A DNA stretch of 63,156 nucleotides, the filler included. It is 12 parts of 12 records of this genome, joined end to end, with 100 filler letters (N's around TTAATTAATTAA, not from the genome) between each part and the next. Parts side by side here need not be neighbours in the genome. Positions count along the whole stretch, not along the records: positions 40,398 to 50,863 come from SRR7504441_22820; positions 50,964 to 56,470 come from SRR7504441_22834; positions 56,571 to 59,979 come from SRR7504441_22836; 9 more parts are not named here. The stretch is one strand, 5' to 3'. Under the pieces are notes generated by a model. It was not told the DNA's origin. It worked only from the letters and a program-made list of their open reading frames with translations, and did no database searches. This document shows, piece by piece, positions 46,055 through 57,748 of this stretch. Each line of letters starts with the position of its first letter. The first letter of the stretch is position 1. Both the position numbers and the translations under genes were made by a program.

Positions 46055-46848
46055 ATGGGGAACGTTGGTGCGTGGCTTGGGTGCGCGCGGTGCCGAGGGG
46101 CGGGGGACAGACGGCAAGCTGACCGACGACGACGTGGCCCGGCTCCAAGCGGCCACGCCATGTGCCCGGCCCGGCCGGCCGGCTCAGTGGACGGGCAGTC
46201 ACATCCTCGGAGATCCGTCGGATGTACAAGCGGTTCTGCAAGCTGGACCGCCAGGGCAAGGGGAGCATCAAGATGGTAGCCAGCCAACCAGCGACCCGGG
46301 CTCACCCGGTGGGGCGGCAGGCAGAGTTCATGCGCATACCGGAGGTGGGCTGGCCGGTCTTGGTTCGCCTCCAGCGGCGGGCAGCTGGGGAATAATCCGT
46401 TAGCGGGTCATATTCTGCAGACGCTGGACGCGGACAGGGACAAGACGGTGGACTTTGAGGAGTTCGTTAAAGTGCTCTCGGCGTTCAGCGCCAACGACCA
46501 CAGCTCCAAGCTCCAATGTGCCCCGGCGGGGGCCTGGCCGGCCAGACCGGTGTGCAGATATATTCAGTGTGTATGATCAGGACAACGACGGCTACCTGAC
46601 CACGGAGGAGGTGCTCTCTGTGCTCAAGACGGTGCCGGGCCCGATCGGCTGGTCTGAGCTGTTGTTGCACAGATAGCGCCGAGTGACTTGCCCGAGGAGG
46701 AATTGCGCAGCGTGGTGGCCTTGACTGTGAGCACGGTCGATGCCGACGGGGACGGCAAGGTCTCGTTCGTAGAGTTCCAGCAGGTGGGCCCTGCGGCTGG
46801 GCTGGGGCTCACTGTGGCCAGTTGATGGACCAGCCGCTACACCAATAG
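46055..46848 (+). CDS. Calcineurin B-like EF-hand protein, many short introns
   Basis: MGN N-myristoylation start; EIRRMYKRFCKLDRQGKG, EFMRIPE|LGNNPL, DADRDKTVDFEEF, YDQDNDGYLT, DADGDGKVSFVEF. Confidence 0.88.
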
Positions 46849-47026
46849 GGCGCGTCTGGCTTTCTACCAGTAGAACTTTAGTCATAAGCTTAACAATTAA
46901 CGCATATGGTATAACAGTCTCATTTTAATTGGTTGCGTATGGTATGGCCGGCCGAAACCCACTCCGTACGCGTTAGAGCCACTCGCGTGTACTGCGTATT
47001 GATGCTGGCTCATGGCTGCAGCTGGA

Positions 47027-48131
47027 TCATTCCAGTTTGTCCAAGCCAAGCTCCTTCAGATGCTCCGCCAACTCCGGGTCCCCGCCCGCCTCGGTGAACT
47101 CCCGGATCGCTTTCTTGGCCGCATCCTTGTCAAAAGCAGACACACAGTCATACCTGCCTCCGCTCAGCCAGCTCAGCTGGCAAGGCTCACCCTTTATTCT
47201 TCAAATGCGCAGCAATCTGATTCGAGTTCTGGCCCTGCCGCCGGCTGGTCTCGGCCTCGTGCTTCTTGACCAGCTGCTCCAGCTTGTTCGGCTTTGAGGC
47301 AGCAGCCGGTCGCCAGCCGGGCTCGCCTTCCTTTGGTGGAGACATCGCTTTGCTGTTGTCAAATTTGGAGCCCCCGGCCGGCTTGTCCGCCTGGCGCGCC
47401 GGCGGTTCGGGCTTGCTGGCTTTCGGCCTGGCGCGCGGCCTCTGCCGGCCCTCGAGCAGGTCTATGCACGCACTGCTCCTTTTCTTGTGCGCGTAATCCA
47501 GCGCTGTCACGTTATTCTTACCCCGCAGGAACCTGTCGGCACCCCGGTCGAGCAGCAGCTCGACAACGTCCAGCTTGTTCTTGCACGCGGCCAGCATCAG
47601 CGCGGTCTGCCCCATCTTCTCCCGGTCGTCGACCCCCACCCCAGCGTCCAGCAGCACCTCGGCAGCTGCCGCGTGTCCGTTGAGGGCGGCGAAGTGCAGC
47701 CCGGTGTAGTCTGCCATGTCGCGCTGGAGGACGTTGCACCCGCTCTTGATCAGCATCTTGGCCGCCCCGGTTCGGCCCTTCATCGCGGCGTAGTGCAGCG
47801 GAGTCATCTTGGCCATATCAGTCGCGTCCAGCGCCGCCCCGCGTTGGATAAGATACTGGAGCACCTCCATGCTGTTGTGCTGCGCCGCAAAGTGGATTGG
47901 CTGCTTCTTCACACTGTGCGCCAGCACGTCGAGCGCGGCCCCCTGAGCCAGCGCGGCCTGCACCATCGGCAGATCGTTTGTCTCGGCCCCGTGCACCAGC
48001 TGCTGCACCGCCGCCACTGCCCGGCGGCGTCTGGCGCTCCGGACCGCCCGGTAGGTCATGTAGGCCGTCAGCGCCAGCGCCGCCCCGATGCACGGGTAGA
48101 GCATCTCGCTGCTCCCAAGGTAGTACTCCAT
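47027..48131 (-). CDS. Ankyrin-repeat protein with N-terminal membrane anchor
   Basis: PIHFAA, TPLHYAA, TGLHFAA, TALMLAA, TALDYA; last exon after an intron ends ELGLDKLE*. Confidence 0.88.
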
Positions 48132-48281
48132 GCCGCGATGACGAGCAGACGTGCGATGCCCTCGGCTCGAGCCCCAGGATTTTTTTTCCGGGGAGCTGTG
48201 CGGCGCTGTGCCGGTGGCGACCCGCACTGATCTGGGCCACCTCTGCCAGCAGTTTCTCGCTGGCGGCCTCCACGGCCGAGC

Positions 48282-49268
48282 ATGAGTGGTGAGCGCCCGC
48301 CCGCCGCTCCGGCGTCGGCTCTCGCCTTCACCTGCGACGCGTCGGATCACTGCGAGACAAGCCAGGCCGCGTACGCAGACATTGCGCCGATCGTGGACTT
48401 TGTGGTCGGCGGCAAGACCAAGCGGCCGTCTCTGGAGGTCTACGACCCGTACTACTGCCAGGGCGGCGCTGTCCGGCGACTCAACGCTCTCGGATTTGGG
48501 CGCGTGTACAACCGGAACGAGGACTTCTACAAGGCCATAAAGACCCAGCGGACCCCGGCGCACGATGTGCTTCTGAGCAACCCACCGTTCTCGGCGGACC
48601 ACATCCGCCGGGCCGTGCATTTTGCGTGTGCCCAGAAGAATAAGAAGGACAAGGCGCGCAGTATGCGGCGGCGGCCCTGGTTCCTGCTGCTGCCCAACCA
48701 CGTGTACTGCTCGGACTGGTTTCCCGAAATGATGCAGCGCCACGGAGAGCAGCCAATGTACTTATGCCCACGGTCGGGCAGATATCACTTTGACTCGCAG
48801 TACGACCTCGGGAAAGGCAGCGGATCTGGCCAGAAGGAGCAAGCGCGTCGAGCCAGCAGTGCTCGAGGCAGCAGCACCGAGGCGAGGGTTTGCCCATTCC
48901 CGACGCTGTGGTACATTGGAGGCCTCGGGGAAACAGTGCGTGCGGATCTTGTGCAATGGTTCGGGTCCGACGATGGCCGTGCGGCTCACGGAGATACGTC
49001 GACGCTGGCAGCCTCTACTGAGGAGCTGCCAAAGCGCATCCGGAAGCTCGAGCGGTATGCAAAGAAGAAGGGACGCAAAAGCAAGGGTAGGGGCAAAGAG
49101 GACGAGAAGAAACGGCAGCCGAGATTGGGCCAGCTGCAGCGGCAGCAAATTGCGAATAGCGGCAAGCCGGCAGAGAAGGGAAAGAGGAGTGTACCAACGG
49201 CAGGCGATGGCGACGGGAGGCAAAGGAAGTGGAAGAGAAGGAAGAGCAACAACGGGGTTTGCTCTTGA
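48282..49268 (+). CDS. NPPF-motif amino (N6-adenine-like) methyltransferase with basic tail
   Basis: DHCET, VYDPYYCQG (motif I), EDFY, DVLLSNPPF (motif IV), FLLLP, CPFPTLWY; Lys/Arg-rich C-terminus. Confidence 0.75.
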   Translation: MSGERPPAAPASALAFTCDASDHCETSQAAYADIAPIVDFVVGGKTKRPSLEVYDPYYCQGGAVRRLNALGFGRVYNRNEDFYKAIKTQRTPAHDVLLSNPPFSADHIRRAVHFACAQKNKKDKARSMRRRPWFLLLPNHVYCSDWFPEMMQRHGEQPMYLCPRSGRYHFDSQYDLGKGSGSGQKEQARRASSARGSSTEARVCPFPTLWYIGGLGETVRADLVQWFGSDDGRAAHGDTSTLAASTEELPKRIRKLERYAKKKGRKSKGRGKEDEKKRQPRLGQLQRQQIANSGKPAEKGKRSVPTAGDGDGRQRKWKRRKSNNGVCS

Positions 49269-49736
49269 ACGTAAATTTAGACTATTTTATTACAAGGATG
49301 TACATCGATGTCGTCTACAGACACTAAACCGTTAATATACAATCATGCTTGTACTCGTACAATCATAGACGTCCTTCCACTTATAACATTATATCGATTG
49401 GCATGGCGCTAATTAAGTATCAAGTCCTATTAAATGTTCACTCGGTTGCAAAATTTCATGGTAGTATATTTGTTCAATGTACATGATTGTAACTGAATTG
49501 TTTTCGTATCAGTTCGTATGTTTCATCATGATATCATCATGGTCACACAATGCCATACATGTGTCTACCAAGACTCTTGTGTCACTACCGTCATAACTAG
49601 ATAACCTCGTACTTCGTGCAGTCGAAAAGATCCACTGACCACAGCTTAGTACCAAGTACGTACTCGAGCTCATGCTTAGCCGATAGTTTACATGGCTAGC
49701 TCCTTCTCGACCATGAACTTTTCGTCCATTTCCTTC

Positions 49737-50805
49737 TCACAGGTGGCAAGTTCGCCTGCACGCCCCGGCATCAGCCGCCTGTGGCAAGGCCCGGATCACA
49801 TTTGATGATGCCCTTTTTGTGAGAACCCTTGTTTTCCATCTTGAACTGATTGCGATCCGCCTTGCGTAGGAAGGTTTGCTTCTGTTCGTTTTGGCCAATC
49901 TGACGCACCGGTCACACCCTGACATGTCGTCTGCACAGTCTCACCGGCTGGCCGACGTCCATGTAGTAGATGCCGGAGCCGTATCCGGTTTGCGGGTCGA
50001 TGGTGCTGATCTGCGCTCGCATTCGCATCCATGGACCAGCCAGCAGCCACACACCTTGAAGTACACAGGAATCCAGGAGTCAGAAACGGCCTTGTCGCTG
50101 TACGCAGAGGTAGCAGCCTGATTCACCCTGACTCGGACCTCCGTGATCTCGGCGACATCATCCATCTGGACTGTGGTCGACTGAGTGATCCCAACGAATG
50201 GCTTCCACATTGCGGCACGCTCCTGGTAATCTGTGTCGCTGACGTCGCACGGGCAGGAAGCATCCTCTTGCATTTTCTTGCCTGCCGACTCAGTCATGCC
50301 CACGAGCCCCGGCCGGTCGCACCGTTGATGGCAGTCATGCACCCGGCCGGCGTCTTGGCGGCGCACTTCATCCCGGGGTGGGTGACGAGTGTGAACCAAC
50401 CGGTGTTCGTCTCTTGGCCGGTGATCTTCATCTCGAAAGTGGCCTTGGAGCACCTGCCCCCCCCCCCCGGCTGAGCAAGCCGGCAGCCGCGGCTTGGCTC
50501 ACGCTCCCGCATCGCATTTTTTGTCGTCCGCCTGTGTGGCAAAGGTGATACGGTAGGCGGCCTTGCCGTCGGGGAGCGGGTCTTGGCCTTGCCGTCGACG
50601 GCTCAGCCGCCCCCCGGGCAGGCGGGACACCGGCGCGAACTTGGAGGAGCTTGATTTGTTCGTTGCGCGGCAGGTAGGACATGCCCTCGGGCGGGGGGAT
50701 CTCGGCCTCAAGGTCAGTGTAGTCGGTGTGGTACACCGCGGCAACCGTCGCCAGAACCAGGCACCCGATCTGCACCCCCGGCTCAGCGCCGCCGCCCAGA
50801 TCCAC
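49737..50805 (-). CDS. Secreted Cys-rich protein, possible PLAT-like beta domain (multi-exon)
   Basis: Hydrophobic leader; YRITFAT..., KITG..TGWF, EITEVRVR, SWIPVYFKV; exon boundaries uncertain. Confidence 0.45.
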
Positions 50806-50863
50806 CGCCAGCGGGCACCAGAATCTTCATTTTTTGGGCTTGGGAATAAGTCCTCAACGCTAA

Positions 50864-50963
50864 NNNNNNNNNNNNNNNNNNNNNNNNNNNNNNNNNNNNN
50901 NNNNNNNTTAATTAATTAANNNNNNNNNNNNNNNNNNNNNNNNNNNNNNNNNNNNNNNNNNNN
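50864..50963. other. Artificial contig linker
   Basis: N-run with TTAATTAATTAA. Confidence 0.99.
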
Positions 50964-51087
50964 ACGGGAACGCCATTAAATTTTGTCCTCACCTGCCACA
51001 CAACTTGGTGGCAACTGAACGAGGTGGTTGGTAGCGCATCGACGGCCTTGCACGAGGCCGCAGTGCAACCGATCGCCGACGTGTGCA

Positions 51088-54000
51088 ATGGGCTCATCGA
51101 GCTCCAGCTCGGCCGCCGACGGCTCGCAGCTGTCGGTGGACACGTGCGTCGGGCTTACTGACAGCCTGCAGCGGTGCCAGTCGACAGATCTCGGGCCCGG
51201 CCCGAGCCAACCGTCGGCTGGCCCCGGCGAGATTGCCAGCGGGCAGCTGAGCAAGATGGTGAAGGCCAGGCTCTCGCTGCTCGCCTGGGACGGGGGGAGC
51301 CCGGCCGCGGTGGACGCGCTGGTCCAGCAGGGGCTAGACTGCTCTGGGGAGCTCGGGGCCAGCTGCCTGCGGTCGGCGGCGGCGGCCGGACACAGCGGGG
51401 TGGTTCAGGGGCTGCTGGCGCACAGGGCGGCCCAGTTGCCGGACGATCAGGGCCGCGGGCCGCTCCAGCTGGCGATGCTGCACAAGCACCCGAGCTGCGT
51501 GGCGCTGCTGCTGTCGGCCAACCGGCAGCCCTTAGCGGCCGCGTGCGAGGCTGAGGACGAGGCCGGGGCTGAAGCTCCGGAGGCGCTGGCGGTGGGCTGG
51601 CTGGACATCTGCAAGCACCTGGCGGCCAGCTCGCTGGATCACGTCAACGGAATGCAGTTAGCTCCGAGTGGACTAGTCTGCCGGCAAAGCCAGTTCTTTG
51701 GGCACCAGTGGGTGCATCCGTCACACAGCACCGCCGACCCATTCGAGGCATACAAGCAGCGGTATGTGGCCAGCCCGGAGCCCGACGAGCAGCTGCGCAA
51801 GGCTCCCGACGGCCAGATGCGCTCACGGGCCGAATTTGTGGCTGCGCACGGTGGGGTGGCCGAGTGGTGCGCTGCTGCACCGACCGAATGGATGGTGGAC
51901 GTGTTTGACGGCCGAAGGGTCCAACTGGCCAAGGTCTGGGACATAAAGGTGCGGGACGGCTCGCCTCAGACCTCGCTGGCGCGGCTGCGCGGCACAGTCC
52001 GTGGCGAGACGGTGGCTCAGCTGCTCGGGAAGATGTTTGAGGCGTATGGTCCGCGGCCTTGCCTCGGCGAGGAGTCCGCGAGTGGCCGGTGGGAGTGGCT
52101 GAGCTTTGACGAGGTGCATCGGACAGTGGCCGGGGTGGGCGCGGCCCTAAGAGCGCTCGGGCTGAAGCCAGGCCAGTTCGTTGGGCTAGTGGCGCACAAC
52201 TCACGAGCTCACGTGCAGCTCATCCTCGGGCTGCTGCTGGGTGGCTTTGTGGTTGTGCCGCTCTCGTTGCACCTAACGGACGAGCATGCACTGGGCATCA
52301 TAGACGAGGCCGAGCTAGCTGTGGTATTCGCCTCGGAGGCGATGCGCCCGACCTACGAACGGCTCGTCCGGCAACACCGGCAGCGGACTGGCGACTCATG
52401 CCAGCTGGTTAGCTGTCTGGGGCATCCGAGCGAACTCGAGGCTTGGATTGCGGCCACCGGCGGCCGTCCAACCATGCCAACACAGCCAACTCGCACGGCG
52501 CCGCCGGCCACCACCCTGCTCCAGGGCACGCTTCAGCATCCGTTGCTCACCGATGCGCGGCCGGCCCCGTTTACTCTCCGACTGGTGACGCCTTTGATGT
52601 CGTCTGCGGGGGGCTGGATGCAGACGCGAGACCATCTCGGGATGAATCTGCACCGCACTTGCTCGGGCGGCGGCGATCCATTGTGTGACGGCGGGGCAGT
52701 CGGGCGGTGGCAGGCGCTAGGGCAGATTGAGGATGTGGCAGTCGAGGTGTGGCACCAGGACGGAGGCACAGTACGAGTGCTGGTCTCCAACGTCTCAGGC
52801 CAACTGCCTACCGTGCTCTCGTGTGATCAGGCCATGCTCGTCCAAACTGAGCATGCTGCGTGTCTCGGCCCGACGGCGGGATCGGTGCACCAAGCCGGCC
52901 GTCCGGGTGGGAGCTTTCAGCTTGAGCCGTTTGATGGAGGCAAGCTTGGCCAGCCCTGGCGATGCATCCATGGCGGGCTGCTAGAGGCCAATAGCAGCGA
53001 GCTGGTCATGGCCTGTGCCGTCTGCAACAAGCCAGTGCAGCCCGGAGCCGGGCTGGCTGGCTGTTGCCCCCGCTGCACTGCAGTTGATGAGTTTTTCCGG
53101 CCTCACGTCTGTCCACACTGCGAGCAGGCGGCCCCGCGATGCCCTGGTGGCCACGGACTCGCCCAGACAATCGTTGGCAAGCTGCATGCCATCCAATGCA
53201 ATGTCTGTGCCGCGCCTCTGCGTTCGGGCGCCACGGCTTTGGGCTGTCTCGTGTGTAACTTTGACGTTTGTCGAGAGTGCGCTGAGTGCCCTACTAGCAT
53301 TGGCCCACTGAAGAAGCACGTCATCGACATGAAGAGCGGATCACAGCCAGTTCTGATCAAATATACCAGTGGCAGTACAGGTCGCCCCAAAGGTGCAATT
53401 GTGACCGATGCAAGCTTCCTTTATCAACTGCAGAAGGCAGTAAATCTTTCAGAGAGCGCGGACTCTTCCGGAGTTGCCATATGTGACGAGCCTCTGAGTG
53501 TTTCGTCTGCATGCCGGAATATCCTGGTTGGGCTGCTAAACGGAGGCCGGCTGGCAGTGTACAGTGAGCTTTCCAGAGTATTTGAGGTCGCAAAGGCAGT
53601 AGGGCCCACAGGCATGTCTGCTGTGCCACAGGTGGCTTGCTCAGTCTCAGCCTGCACCTGCTTAATATATTGGACAGGTGTGGGCAACCTTGTACAAGCA
53701 ATATCAAGCCCGCATTCAGGCTGGAGAGGACCAATTAGACCTCGACGAAGAGTTTCGGGACGCGCTTGGGCCGCGCTGTCTGTCACTTAACTGTGGTGGG
53801 GCTACACCAATGCCACTCGTACAGGCCTGGTTGAAGCGAGTCTTTTCGCAATGCTGGGTGACAGAGAACTATGGCAGTACGGAAGCTGGAGGGATTACAA
53901 ACAGTTCGGAGGACTTGGATGGTGTTATCCAGGATGGCGTGTCAGTCAAGCTGGTCGATTCAGGAGATTACAAGTCGACAGATCAACCGAATCCGAGGGG

Positions 54001-56396
54001 CGAGATTCTGGTGAACCCAACATAGCCGTGTCTTAGATATAATTAACTATGAGGGGTTTAGCCTGTTCTGAGCTGTCGACCAGGTCAAGTCGCCCCAGAT
54101 GGTGCATGCATACCTCAACCGGCCTGATCTGACCATGGAAGCCTGGGACCCTGATGGCTACTTCCACACTGTGCGTGGCTGCATTTAGACTGCAGATCTG
54201 AGTGCACATTCAGGGAGATATTGGTGAGATGATTGGACTCGATCCGGAGCAGCGGGCGGAACTTAGTGAGCTCGAGGCGGAGCTCATTGCTTGGAAGAAA
54301 GGCGAGATCGAGATTGTCAACGACCAGCTTGATCCCAAGCAAACTCGCCTCAAGAACCTCCAGAAGCTGTCTCGACGGATCAAGGTGATTGATCGCATCA
54401 AGAACATTTTCAAGCTGTCAAATGGAGAATGGGTCTCGCCCGAGAACGTTGAAGCTGCTTACACTGGCGAGTGCCGCAGCATCGCACAGCTGATGATACA
54501 CAGCACTTCTCGTCACTCCCGCTGCATTGCTATCGTTGCACCAACGACAGAACTGGCTACAGAGCCGCAGGTGCTAAGCGAGATGAAGGCTACCGCCGAA
54601 AAGCTCCAGACCTTGCGACACTTTGAGGTACCAGTTGCTGCCTTCGTCACAAGCGAGCCATTTACGATCGAGAACGGCTGTCTGACTAAGACTAGCAAGC
54701 TTTGCCGTCACGAAATTCGCGGTGCGCTTTGCTGCATAAGTGCCATATTCTGAGGGTGGGGTCAGCCAAGTATAAATCTGAGATACATGAGCTACTGCAG
54801 CGAACGACAGAGATGGAGGCCGAGGTGGAAAGTGCGCGCACAGCACTGATCAAGCGAGTGTTGAGGCAATGTCTCGAACCTGGGAATTTGCCAACATCTG
54901 AGCACTTGGAGCTGTGGCGCAGTCTCGAATGGGCTTCGATTCATGTGATCCAAAATGCCCACATTATTCGATGCGAGTTCGATGTCGATCTTCCGATTGC
55001 ACAATTATACGAGGTAAAAGAGGACCTACCAAAACTTGTCGAGCTGATAAGACTCATACGTAGCGGTGGTAGTATCGAGGAAATTTCCATAGACTGGGCT
55101 CAAGAGTGCTTGCTGCCTGCAACAAGCAGCTGGCCCACCGCAGCTCCAGATGCTGTTCCGCGCGGCTCTTATGCGCTTCTCACCGGGGCCACGGGTTTTC
55201 TTGGGGCAGCGCTACTTCGAGAGTTGCTCGAGAGATACCCGAAAATGAAACTCAAATGTCTCGTGAGAACTAGGGACTCGTCATCAGCGGATAAAAGATT
55301 GATGTGTGCACTTCAGCAGCGGGGCCAGTGGACTGAAATGGTAGCTACTGCAGCTTCCGATGGTCGACTGCAGGCAGTGGAGGCCCAGCTCGGTGAGGAG
55401 CGATTCGGTCTAGACGCGCATGCATTTGAAAATTTAGCCTGCAGTGTCCAGACAGTCTTTCATTGTGGCAGCTGGGTGGACCACATTGCTGGTTACAAAA
55501 CACTCGAGCCAGTGAACGTCGGCAGTGTCATGCAGATCATTCAGATGGCCCAGGTGCGCGGCCAGCAAAAGCCGCTGCGTGTGCATTATGTTTCTACCAT
55601 CAGCGTCATCCAGAAGGGTCTTCCAGAATATACCTTGACTGAGCCAAGACAGCTGCAGGCCCGCGGTGGATACGTCCAATCCAAGTGGGTAGCCGAGTGC
55701 CGTCTTCGACAGGCCGCCGCCCAAGGGCTCTGCTGTGTGTGCAGTATTGTGCGGCCTGGAATGCTCACCCCTGACACTCGCTCCGGCGCTGCCAACATGG
55801 CTGACTGGATCATTCGGTTCCTCACTGGGTCGATCATGGCCGGTGGCTACTTGGTAGACGGGGTAGATCCAGTCATGCACCTCACCCCAGTTAACCATGC
55901 AGCAGCCGCAACTGTGCTTTTTGCCGAAATCTCCGGGGCGGCGCACGTGCCTTGCCCGTTCCACATCCCAACCACTGTACAGATCAAGACGCGCCAGCTG
56001 CTTGCTATGGTAGCTGGATCTTCTGAGCTGTGCGGCCGGCGGGTGAGGGCTCTTGAGAGCGAGGCCTGGCGCGTGGTTATGGACCAGCTGCCGTGCACCA
56101 ACCCGCTATACCCGTTCCGGGATAGATTCGTGCGCGGGCTTGGTGGACTTGAAGGTGGCTGCGCTGAGGAATCTGTCGCAGCACTCGAGCAGCACTGTGC
56201 TGCTGACGGGTTGCCATGGGCACACAGTCGAGGGTACACCAAAGAGCAGGTGGACTTAATTGTGCGTTACATTGTGATCAACTCGGACATTAGCGACACG
56301 GTGCTCATGAGCAGAACACGCAGCATAACTGGCCACGCGGAATGTCAATGGTTCTCTCGTACACAGTCTAGTGAGTCTACACACAATCTACGATAG
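51088..56396 (+). CDS. Carboxylic-acid-reductase-like adenylation-thiolation-reductase enzyme with ankyrin-like N-terminus and Zn-finger insert
   Basis: A motifs YTSGSTGRPKG, ENYGSTE, DGYFHT|GDIG, IDRIKNIFKLSNGEWVSPE, NGCLTKTSKL; T-like EWASI...EFDVDLPI; R domain LLTGATGFLG and GGYVQSKWVAE; introns 53632-53677, 54011-54083, 54171-54213, 54722-54765. Confidence 0.9.
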
Positions 56397-56470
56397 CTTG
56401 AGTCGATATTGAGTCGATAATACTATGATTGTCTTGTTAATTACACTGTATGGTGATAGACGGTTTAATA

Positions 56471-56570
56471 NNNNNNNNNNNNNNNNNNNNNNNNNNNNNN
56501 NNNNNNNNNNNNNNTTAATTAATTAANNNNNNNNNNNNNNNNNNNNNNNNNNNNNNNNNNNNNNNNNNNN
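56471..56570. other. Artificial contig linker
   Basis: N-run with TTAATTAATTAA. Confidence 0.99.
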
Positions 56571-57283
56571 CCCCCCCCCCCGGCCAGCCGGCTGGCAGGT
56601 GAGGCGGGTGCGATCCCGGAAAGTTCCGGGACGAATACGCAGCAAACGACTCGGCCGACTTCGCGGTGGCTGACTTTGACCAGTTCAAGCGGGACGAGTG
56701 GTCCACCGGCTACGTGCCCACCGTGGTGCTCATCGAGTGCCCCCCCCCCCCCGAGGGGCCGGCTGACCGGGTCGCAGCAACAAGGAACTTGTGGACAAGT
56801 TCGCCGGCAACGATCGGAGCAAGATCAGCGCTTTGCTCGGCTAGAGGCGCACCGTCCCCGCCGGCAAATGGCGCCACCCGCAGCGACCGGCTCCGAGTGA
56901 CGTCCCTGGCGCAAAGCGCAAGCTTGTCAGGGACAGAAAGGGAGTCTTGCCGCGGGTGGGGCCGGTGGTCGGCAACGGACCGACGGACCCGGGCGGCGTG
57001 AGGTGGCACGAGATAGTCGATTCGATCTAACCACGCGCATGCGACCCAATTCTAGACATATAAATGTATATTACGTTGATTTACGGCCAATTGCGGCTTA
57101 TTTGACCGTGTTAATACGAGTACGAGTGGGCGTGCTTACGATTATCTAATGCTTAGGAGTAGTACGTATCAACTAGAGTCAACGGCGACCGCGTGCATCG
57201 CATCTTTAGGCTAGATGTGCGAATGCGTGAAGAGTCGGCTAGTTGCGCTTTTATAATCTATATTGGTAGCTCCCCTGGTGTGA

Positions 57284-57748
57284 TCAGCTGTTGGCCGGAT
57301 CGCGGTAGCCTAGCTCCGCCGGGCGGCGCTGGCTGCCAGCGGGCGGGTCTATCTGGCGGCCCGGCGGCGAGTACAGCGCCCCGAGCTCGCCTGTCTGTTG
57401 GTCCACTGCTTGGACCAGCCCGTGCGCCAGCAGCTCCCGAGCCCGCGCGAGCCGCTCCTGGCCCCAACTGCCCGGGGCGACGGGTGCCCACACCTGGGCC
57501 GTGGGCGCCTGGTCCACCCGCCGGGCCAGCTGGGCCGCCAGGTACGGCTGCCGGTCGAGCAGCCGGTGGTGCATCGCCGACAGGTTGCGCAGCGCCACCC
57601 CAGACTGGACCCGCCGGCTCGGCCGGGCAGCAGCGGGGCGCACCGGCAGTGGCGGCGAGTCCCGGTTGGCGCGCCGGGGCGGGTGCGGACTGGCCTGGCG
57701 CGGCCGACAGTACTGCGCCAGCGGCCCGTCCCGGTGCAGGAAAGGCAT
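57284..57748 (-). CDS. Hypothetical protein
   Basis: 154-aa ATG ORF filling a GC-rich island between AT-richer spacers; no family recognised. Confidence 0.4.
   Translation of the reverse strand: MPFLHRDGPLAQYCRPRQASPHPPRRANRDSPPLPVRPAAARPSRRVQSGVALRNLSAMHHRLLDRQPYLAAQLARRVDQAPTAQVWAPVAPGSWGQERLARARELLAHGLVQAVDQQTGELGALYSPPGRQIDPPAGSQRRPAELGYRDPANS

Noticed and set aside
47187-48743. 518-aa ORF as the full ankyrin protein overlapping the methyltransferase
   Set aside because: The first ~200 codons are antisense to the NPPF gene; the plausible start is MEYYLG at 48131.
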